Assembly (NCBI GenBank): GCA_965203485.1
Contig: OZ241892.1
Span: forward strand, 2,720,001-2,784,000
Reading direction: 5' to 3'
Origin: Longimicrobiales bacterium
GTDB taxonomy: Bacteria > Gemmatimonadota > Gemmatimonadetes > Longimicrobiales > Gaopeijiaceae
Length of the DNA stretch: 64,000 nucleotides
A program made the translations under genes and the position numbers. This document shows positions 57,187-64,000 of this stretch, in pieces (position 1 is the stretch's first letter; each line of letters starts with the position of its first letter). The notes under the pieces are model-generated. The model saw nothing but the letters and a program-made list of their open reading frames with translations. It searched no databases and was not told the origin of the DNA.

Positions 57187-60100
57187 TTATCGACTGAACT
57201 TCAGGTCCAACCGGACTCCAGATCCACGGGATGCGGCCTCCAGGCCAACGCCGAGGCCCAGGGAAGGCGGCGTCAGCAGGCGCACCCCGAAGCGGTGGAC
57301 GCTTCCAAGGCCGCCCGGGGCGGGGCCGAGCGCGGCGTAGGGCGCCAGCAGGGCTTCCGTGCCCAGCACCTTCGCGCCGACGCCGTACGCCAGCTCAGCG
57401 TCGATTCGCGACTGCAACGAGGACGCCGGCCGATGCGAGGGCGCCGACCGAGGCCGAGCGGCGCCGAGACGTTGCGCCGCGCCCTGCCGCCAGACTTGTC
57501 CCAGCGCGCTCCGCGGGGCGCCCCATTCGGGCTGCACGCGGAGGGACAGGCCGCGGCCGTCGGCGCCGGGGGCGATCCTCAGCGAACCGCCGGCTCCCCA
57601 TTCGGTCAACCCGCCGCCGTGGGCGAGCAGGGACCGTCCGGTGGCCTCCATCTGGAGGCGCGAGCCCCATGCGGCGAGCGCCACGCCGCCGCCGGCCTCC
57701 ACGCCGGTCCCCGTCCGGCCGTCCCCGCCGTCATGGCGGACGCCGAACGCCAGCGACGGCTTGAGCACGCCGCCCGCGCCGATCCGGAACGCGCGTCCGG
57801 CCTCGAGGGCGAAGCGAAGCCTGTGCACGCCGATTTCCAGGGACCGGAGCCGGTCGTCGTTGCCGTCGAGACGGAAGCGCGCGAACTGCCCGTCGCCCTT
57901 CGCATCCACGGCGCCGCCTGCGCCCGCGAACAGACGCAGACTCGCGCCCGCGGCCAGCAACCGAGCACGCCCAGCAGCGGCTTGCGGCCCGACATCTTCG
58001 TCGCGGACGACCACATCGCCCCTAGCCCAGCCCGCTGTCGTCCACGCCCGGGAGCCGCCTGCGCCCGACCAGCCCAGATAGGGATGCACACCGGTAAGGC
58101 GCGTGTCGTGCCTGCCGGAATAGGGGGTCGGGCCTTCTTCGTGATGCGCGTAGTCGAACGCGGCGTCGAGGCGACTGGCTGCCACGCCCAGCGTCACCGA
58201 TGCGCCCACGCCCAGGTCCACGCCCGCGCCGACGGCGGAGACCTCGCCCGACCAATCGACCGGGCTGTCTTGGGTGCGGGCACCCGAGAGCACCCGGTAC
58301 TCGCCGTGTCCCCACGCCCCCGCGCCGGCACCGGCTTGGCCTGCTTGCGCGACTCGGCCCGCCACGGCGTGCGAGACGATGTCGGCCCATGTGCGCACCA
58401 CTTCGGGCAAGACCGCGCGGTTGACTGCGTCCAGTCTGCTGGCGGCCTCCTCGACCGCCGCGATTTCGATCGTGAAAGACAGGGTTGCCACGTCGCCGTC
58501 CTGGTCGGTTGCCGTGTAATCGTACGCGGTGGCGGGCTGCCCGGCGGTAGGAATGCCGCGGAGAATGCGGCTTTCGGGTCCGAAGACGAGCCCGGAAGGC
58601 GGCGTCGGAACCAGCGAATACGCCAAGGGCCCGTCGCCGCCCTGGGCCGGCGGCAACGCCAAGGGATCGATCGGGCGGCCTTCCAAGTAGCGCTGAGATG
58701 GAACATGAGCGTCGCCGAACGTGGGGATCAGGTCCTCGTCGTCGTTTCCGATGGTGCCGACGATCGTCTTCGTGGCCACGATCGCGGTCGCCGGGTCGGG
58801 CGTGGACAGGCGCAGGACCACTGTTTCGTCGTCTTCGTGGCGCGTGTCCCCGAACACCACGACCTCGAGCGTCCTCAGTGTCTCGCCCGGCTCGAAGACG
58901 AGGACGCCCGGCGAGAATTCCTCGTAGTCCGCGCCAGGCGCGGCCGTGCCGGTGCCCGCGTCAGCATAGCGCGCGGTCACGCGACGACCGCTCGGGACGT
59001 TCAGCACGAAGGAGAAGGTCAGGGGCCGGCGACCGCTGTTGCCCTCTTCGATCGCAGGCGCATCGGCCGACAGCGACGGGGCCTCGTCGTCGTCCACGAT
59101 GATTCCGACCCCGGTTGCGTGGCCCTCCGAAAGGTGGGCACCTACAGGGTTGGCCAGCACCACCTCGATCGTCTCCTCCGGTTCGTCCAGAGCGTCGCCG
59201 TCCACGGTCACCTCCACCTTCCTGGCCGTGTCTCCCGGGGCGAACAACAACGTGTCCGGCGCAAGCGGCTCGTAGTCGGCGCCCGCCGTTGCCGTCCCCG
59301 TGCCCGCGTCCGCGTAGCTCACGGTTATCTGCTTGGCCGAGATTCGGCTGAGCGACACCGTGAACGACATAGTGGCCTTCTCGCCGGGCCCGCCTTCCGC
59401 CGCCGAGGAAGAACCGATGGACAGGGTCGGCGCGTCGTCGTCGTCCTCGATGGAGCCGACGCCGGTTGCTGCGCTCTCGGGCAGTTCGCCGTTCTTGGGA
59501 TTGGCCAGCTTCAACGCGATCGTCTCGTCGGGCTCGTCCAGGGCGTCGCCGAGTATTGTCGCTTGCACGGTCTTGGCCATCTCTCCGGGGGCGAACACGA
59601 GCCTGCCCGGCGCGAGGGTCTCGTAGTCGGCGCCCGCCGTCGCAGTGCCCGTGCCCGCGTCCGCGTAGCTCACCTCCACCTGCTTGGCCGAGGGCATGTC
59701 GAGAGAGACCATGAACCGCATCGCGGCCGTCTCGCCCGGGCCGCCTTCCCGCACCGAAGGCGATGCGACGTGCAACGTCGGCGCACCATCGTCGTCGAGA
59801 ATCGTGCCCGTGCCTTGCCCGCTCCCTCTGATCTCGGCGTTCGTGGACTGGCTCAGTTGCAGCACCACGGTTTCGTCGGGCTCGTCCAGGTCGTCGCCCC
59901 TTATCGTCACTTCCACGATCTTGGACGTTTCCCCGGGAGCGAAGGACAGCGTGCCCGGCGCCGGGACATGGTAGTCCACTTCCGGGGTGGCCGTGCCAGC
60001 GCCCGCATCGGAATAGGCGACCGTGATCTCCAGGTAGCTGGGGCGCGTCAGCGCCACCGTGTACGCGAGAATCGCCGCGCCGTCGCCGTTCTGCCCGCTG

Positions 60101-63100
60101 TCCGAGTCCCCCTCCAACACCGAAGGCGAGTCCACGGTCAGCACCGAGAAGTCGTCGTCCATGATCACGCCCGTCGCCTCGACCGTCTCGAGGACCGCCC
60201 CTTCGACGTTGCTCATGACAATCACTACGGTCTCGTGGGGTTCGTTGACGTAGTCGCCGACAACTTGCACGCCAACCGTCTGAATCGTATCGCCCGGCTC
60301 GAAAACCAGAGTTCCGGGCTCCAAGGCGGCATGGTCCACGCCCGACGTGGCCGTGCCTGCGGCGTAGGCGTAATTCACCCGTACCTGTTCCGCGCTCTCC
60401 GGGACAAGCGTGACCGTGAACGACAATGTCGCGAACCCATGGTCGCCTTCCTGCACTCGCGGAGAATCGACAAACAGCGACGGCAGGATCGGGGGATCGT
60501 CCTGGCGGTCGTCGTCGATGATCGTGCCCGTGCCCGTCGCCGTGCTGATGTCCGCGTTGGTTGCCGCGCTGAGTTCCATCACCACCGTCTCGTCCGACTC
60601 GCTCGTGTCGTCGCCGTTGACCGTCACGTCCACGTTCTTCAGCGTGTCGCCCGCCGCGAACGTCAGCGTGCCGGCCGCCAAGGTCGCGTAGTCGGCGACG
60701 GCTGTCGCCGTGCCGCTGCCAGCGTCGGCGTACGCGACCGTGACCCGCCGGCCGCTCGGCGCGCTCAGCCTGACCTGGAACGTGAGCGCCGCCGTCTCGC
60801 CGGCCGCGCCTTCGGCGACGCTCGGCGAGCTGACCGACAGCGACGGCTGGCCGTCGTCGTCGGCGATCGCGAGCGTCGCGGCGTCCGGGTTCGTCGCGCC
60901 GTGCGCGTTCGCCGCCGCCGCCGTGACGGTCACGCTCTTGTCGGGCTCGTCGAGGTCGTTGTCGACGGCCGAGACGCTCACGGCGCCCGTGCTCGACGTG
61001 TCGCCGGCGGCGATCGCGAGCGTCTTGTTCGCGCTCGCCGCGAAGTCGCCGGCGACGGTGCCGGCGCCGGCGGCGAACGCGACGGTCACCGTCGTCGCGC
61101 GCTCCGACGCCGGGCTCATCGTCGCGCGCACGACGGCCGAGCTGTTCGCGCCGCTCTCGGCGATCGTCGAGCGCGACAGCACGAGCTTGACCTTCGGCGT
61201 CGCCTCGTCGTCCTCGATCGTCAGCGTCGCGTCCGCGGGGTTCGAGTAGCCGCCGATCGCGTTCGCGACGGCGCCCGACACGGCGACCTGCTTGTTCGGG
61301 CCGTCGAGCGCGTTGTCGACGGCCCTGACCGTCACGGCGCCCGTGCTCGACGTGTCGCCAGCGGCGATCGTCAGCGTCCTGTTCGCGCTCAGCGCGAAGT
61401 CGGACGAGTCGGCGTTCGCGCCCGGCGCCGCGCTCACCGTCACCGTCGTCGCGGCGCTCGACCGCCCGCTCAGATGCGCCGTCACCGTCGTCCACACGAC
61501 GCCCTGCACGCGCTCGGGCAGCGTCGAGCGCGACAGCGACAGCGAGACGGCCGGCGCCGCGTCGTCGTCCGTGATCGTGCCCGTGCCCGTGCCCGCCGCT
61601 ACCGTCGCGTTCGTCGGCGCGCTCAGCCGGGCGACCACCGTCTCGTCCGGCTCGTCCACCGCGTCGCCCCTGACCGTCACGGCGAAGCTCTTCAGCGTGT
61701 CGCCCGCCGCGAACGTCAGGATCGCGTCCGAGAACACGGAGTAGTCGGCCGCGCGCGTCGCCGTGCCCGTCTGCGCGTCGGCGACCTTGACCGTGACCCG
61801 CCGGCCGCTCGGCGCGCTCAACCTGACCTGGAACGTCAGCGCCGCCGTCTCGCCGGCCGCGCCCTCGGCGACGCTCGGCGAGCTGACCGACAGCGACGGC
61901 TGGCCGTCGTCGTCGGCGATCGCGAGCGTCGCGGCGTCCGGGTTCGTCGCGCCGTGCGCGTTCGCCGCCGCCGCCGTGACGGTCACGCTCTTGTCGGGCT
62001 CGTCGAGGTCGTTGTCGACGGCCGAGACGCTCACGGCGCCCGTGCTCGACGTGTCGCCGGCGGCGATCGCGAGCGTCTTGTTCGCGCTCGCCGCGAAGTC
62101 GGCGGCGACGGTGCCGGCGCCGGCGGCGAACGCGACGGTCACCGTCGTCGCGCGCTCCGACGCCGGGCTCATCGTCGCGCGCACGACGGCCGAGCTGTTC
62201 GCGCCGCTCTCGGCGATCGTCGAGCGCGACAGCACGAGCTTGACCTTCGGCGTCGCCTCGTCGTCCTCGATCGTCAGCGTCGCGTCCGCGGGGTTCGAGT
62301 AGCCGCCGATCGCGTTCGCGACGGCGCCCGACACGGCGACCTGCTTGTTCGGGCCGTCGAGCGCGTTGTCGACGGCCCTGACCGTCACGGCGCCCGTGCT
62401 CGACGTGTCGCCAGCGGCGATCGTCAGCGTCCTGTTCGCGCTCAGCGCGAAGTCGGACGAGTCGGCGTTCGCGCCCGGCGCCGCGCTCACCGTCACCGTC
62501 GTCGCGGCGCTCGACCGCCCGCTCAGATGCGCCGTCACCGTCGTCCACACGACGCCCTGCACGCGCTCGGGCAGCGTCGAGCGCGACAGCGACAGCGAGA
62601 CGGCCGGCGCCGCGTCGTCGTCCGTGATCGTGCCCGTGCCCGTGCCCGCCGCTACCGTCGCGTTCGTCGGCGCGCTCAGCCGGGCGACCACCGTCTCGTC
62701 CGGCTCGTCCACCGCGTCGCCCCTGACCGTCACGGCGAAGCTCTTCAGCGTGTCGCCCGCCGCGAACGTCAGGATCGCGTCCGAGAACACGGAGTAGTCG
62801 GCCGCGCGCGTCGCCGTGCCCGTCTGCGCGTCGGCGACCTTGACCGTGACCCGCCGGCCGCTCGGCGCGCTCAACCTGACCTGGAACGTCAGCGCCGCCG
62901 TCTCGCCGGCCGCGCCCTCGGCGACGCTCGGCGAGCTGACCGACAGCGACGGCTGGCCGTCGTCGTCGGCGATCGCGAGCGTCGCGGCGTCCGGGTTCGT
63001 CGCGCCGTGCGCGTTCGCCGCCGCCGCCGTGACGGTCACGCTCTTGTCGGGCTCGTCGAGGTCGTTGTCGACGGCCGAGACGCTCACGGCGCCCGTGCTC

Positions 63101-64000
63101 GACGTGTCGCCGGCGGCGATCGCGAGCGTCTTGTTCGCGCTCGCCGCGAAGTCGCCGGCGACGGTGCCGGCGCCGGCGGCGAACGCGACGGTCACCGTCG
63201 TCGCGCGCTCCGACGCCGGGCTCATCGTCGCGCGCACGACGGCCGAGCTGTTCGCGCCGCTCTCGGCGATCGTCGAGCGCGACAGCACGAGCTTGACCTT
63301 CGGCGTCGCCTCGTCGTCCTCGATCGTCAGCGTCGCGTCCGCGGGGTTCGAGTAGCCGCCGATCGCGTTCGCGACGGCGCCCGACACGGCGACCTGCTTG
63401 TTCGGGCCGTCGAGCGCGTTGTCGACGGCCCTGACCGTCACGGCGCCCGTGCTCGACGTGTCGCCAGCGGCGATCGTCAGCGTCCTGTTCGCGCTCAGCG
63501 CGAAGTCGGACGAGTCGGCGTTCGCGCCCGGCGCCGCGCTCACCGTCACCGTCGTCGCGGCGCTCGACCGCCCGCTCAGATGCGCCGTCACCGTCGTCCA
63601 CACGACGCCCTGCACGCGCTCGGGCAGCGTCGAGCGCGACAGCGACAGCGAGACGGCCGGCGCCGCGTCGTCGTCCGTGATCGTGCCCGTGCCCGTGCCC
63701 GCCGCTACCGTCGCGTTCGTCGGCGCGCTCAGCCGGGCGACCACCGTCTCGTCCGGCTCGTCCACCGCGTCGCCCCTGACCGTCACGGCGAAGCTCTTCA
63801 GCGTGTCGCCCGCCGCGAACGTCAGGATCGCGTCCGAGAACACCGAGTAGTCCGCCGCGCGCGTCGCCGTGCCCGTCTGCGCGTCGGCGACCTTGACCGT
63901 GACCCGCCGGCCGCTCGGCGCGCTCAACCTGACCTGGAACGTGAGCGCCGCCGTCTCGCCGGCCGCGCCTTCGGCGACGCTCGGCGAGCTGACCGACAGC
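57187..64000 (-). CDS. Giant Calx-beta/Ig-like repeat autotransporter adhesin (5' end outside the window)
   Basis: Repeated Calx-beta motifs (GTAT..DY, LTFAAG, GDAVDEPDET, GTITDDD); an Ig-like domain (GGDGPLAYSL..ATDQDGD); C-terminal barrel (LGVAAS, HPYLGW, GVRHDGGDG..G.GVEAGGG, EWGAGG). Frame is open to the window end. Confidence 0.9.
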   Translation of the reverse strand, partial: LSVSSPSVAEGAAGETAALTFQVRLSAPSGRRVTVKVADAQTGTATRAADYSVFSDAILTFAAGDTLKSFAVTVRGDAVDEPDETVVARLSAPTNATVAAGTGTGTITDDDAAPAVSLSLSRSTLPERVQGVVWTTVTAHLSGRSSAATTVTVSAAPGANADSSDFALSANRTLTIAAGDTSSTGAVTVRAVDNALDGPNKQVAVSGAVANAIGGYSNPADATLTIEDDEATPKVKLVLSRSTIAESGANSSAVVRATMSPASERATTVTVAFAAGAGTVAGDFAASANKTLAIAAGDTSSTGAVSVSAVDNDLDEPDKSVTVTAAAANAHGATNPDAATLAIADDDGQPSLSVSSPSVAEGAAGETAALTFQVRLSAPSGRRVTVKVADAQTGTATRAADYSVFSDAILTFAAGDTLKSFAVTVRGDAVDEPDETVVARLSAPTNATVAAGTGTGTITDDDAAPAVSLSLSRSTLPERVQGVVWTTVTAHLSGRSSAATTVTVSAAPGANADSSDFALSANRTLTIAAGDTSSTGAVTVRAVDNALDGPNKQVAVSGAVANAIGGYSNPADATLTIEDDEATPKVKLVLSRSTIAESGANSSAVVRATMSPASERATTVTVAFAAGAGTVAADFAASANKTLAIAAGDTSSTGAVSVSAVDNDLDEPDKSVTVTAAAANAHGATNPDAATLAIADDDGQPSLSVSSPSVAEGAAGETAALTFQVRLSAPSGRRVTVKVADAQTGTATRAADYSVFSDAILTFAAGDTLKSFAVTVRGDAVDEPDETVVARLSAPTNATVAAGTGTGTITDDDAAPAVSLSLSRSTLPERVQGVVWTTVTAHLSGRSSAATTVTVSAAPGANADSSDFALSANRTLTIAAGDTSSTGAVTVRAVDNALDGPNKQVAVSGAVANAIGGYSNPADATLTIEDDEATPKVKLVLSRSTIAESGANSSAVVRATMSPASERATTVTVAFAAGAGTVAGDFAASANKTLAIAAGDTSSTGAVSVSAVDNDLDEPDKSVTVTAAAANAHGATNPDAATLAIADDDGQPSLSVSSPSVAEGAAGETAALTFQVRLSAPSGRRVTVAYADAGSGTATAVADYATLAAGTLTFAAGDTLKNVDVTVNGDDTSESDETVVMELSAATNADISTATGTGTIIDDDRQDDPPILPSLFVDSPRVQEGDHGFATLSFTVTLVPESAEQVRVNYAYAAGTATSGVDHAALEPGTLVFEPGDTIQTVGVQVVGDYVNEPHETVVIVMSNVEGAVLETVEATGVIMDDDFSVLTVDSPSVLEGDSDSGQNGDGAAILAYTVALTRPSYLEITVAYSDAGAGTATPEVDYHVPAPGTLSFAPGETSKIVEVTIRGDDLDEPDETVVLQLSQSTNAEIRGSGQGTGTILDDDGAPTLHVASPSVREGGPGETAAMRFMVSLDMPSAKQVEVSYADAGTGTATAGADYETLAPGRLVFAPGEMAKTVQATILGDALDEPDETIALKLANPKNGELPESAATGVGSIEDDDDAPTLSIGSSSAAEGGPGEKATMSFTVSLSRISAKQITVSYADAGTGTATAGADYEPLAPDTLLFAPGDTARKVEVTVDGDALDEPEETIEVVLANPVGAHLSEGHATGVGIIVDDDEAPSLSADAPAIEEGNSGRRPLTFSFVLNVPSGRRVTARYADAGTGTAAPGADYEEFSPGVLVFEPGETLRTLEVVVFGDTRHEDDETVVLRLSTPDPATAIVATKTIVGTIGNDDEDLIPTFGDAHVPSQRYLEGRPIDPLALPPAQGGDGPLAYSLVPTPPSGLVFGPESRILRGIPTAGQPATAYDYTATDQDGDVATLSFTIEIAAVEEAASRLDAVNRAVLPEVVRTWADIVSHAVAGRVAQAGQAGAGAGAWGHGEYRVLSGARTQDSPVDWSGEVSAVGAGVDLGVGASVTLGVAASRLDAAFDYAHHEEGPTPYSGRHDTRLTGVHPYLGWSGAGGSRAWTTAGWARGDVVVRDEDVGPQAAAGRARLLAAGASLRLFAGAGGAVDAKGDGQFARFRLDGNDDRLRSLEIGVHRLRFALEAGRAFRIGAGGVLKPSLAFGVRHDGGDGRTGTGVEAGGGVALAAWGSRLQMEATGRSLLAHGGGLTEWGAGGSLRIAPGADGRGLSLRVQPEWGAPRSALGQVWRQGAAQRLGAARPRSAPSHRPASSLQSRIDAELAYGVGAKVLGTEALLAPYAALGPAPGGLGSVHRFGVRLLTPPSLGLGVGLEAASRGSGVRLDLKFSR
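60736..64000. repeat. Intragenic tandem repeat, period 1053 bp (351 aa), more than 3 copies
   Basis: The anchor GACCCGCCGGCCGCTCGGCGCGCTCA recurs at 60742, 61795, 62848 and 63901; copies differ by only a few substitutions. Confidence 0.97.

Noticed and set aside
58961..63850. 1546-aa alternative minus frame and repeated plus-strand ORFs within the adhesin
   Set aside because: Stop-free by codon bias and tandem repetition; low-complexity translations with no recognisable domain.
60736..64000. CRISPR array or mobile-element repeat
   Set aside because: Repeats are 1053 bp, in frame, without spacers, terminal inverted repeats, cas genes or a transposase.

Overview
A very GC-rich, mostly housekeeping bacterial chromosome segment. 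Gene content and lineage-type hypothetical proteins suggest Gemmatimonadota, possibly a marine or sponge-associated lineage (inference only). In order it holds: a decayed beta-propeller gene remnant; a fatty-acid-hydroxylase/sterol-desaturase domain fused in frame to homoserine kinase, then thrC and a zincin; an MmsA-type dehydrogenase with a class III aminotransferase; a Wzi-like protein; sat/cysC; an M23 peptidase; pckA; two outer-membrane proteins; a sigma-70 factor; a short ssb; polA; csp; a frameshifted Slt-type transglycosylase; an orphan ExbB/TolQ; lipM-like, MBL hydrolase, gcvP (frameshifted) and gcvH; acyl-CoA dehydrogenase; tatA; an MFS transporter; trmJ; a GT2 / GDP-mannose-3,5-epimerase-like / GT4 cassette; a six-gene alternative complex III (actABCDEF); a glutamine amidotransferase; an ABC exporter; an orphan AbrB; a luxE/luxC pair with no luciferase; a Tat-exported D-aminoacylase; and the 3' part of a giant Calx-beta autotransporter adhesin with near-identical 1053-bp tandem repeats. 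I recognised no CRISPR array, tRNA, rRNA or transposase. The best leads are the desaturase-ThrB fusion, the luciferase-free luxEC module with a palindromic upstream site, the repeat-expanded adhesin, an ActB that retains an N-terminal 4Fe-4S motif, and the GME-like sugar cassette. All calls come from motif reading; no database searches were run.
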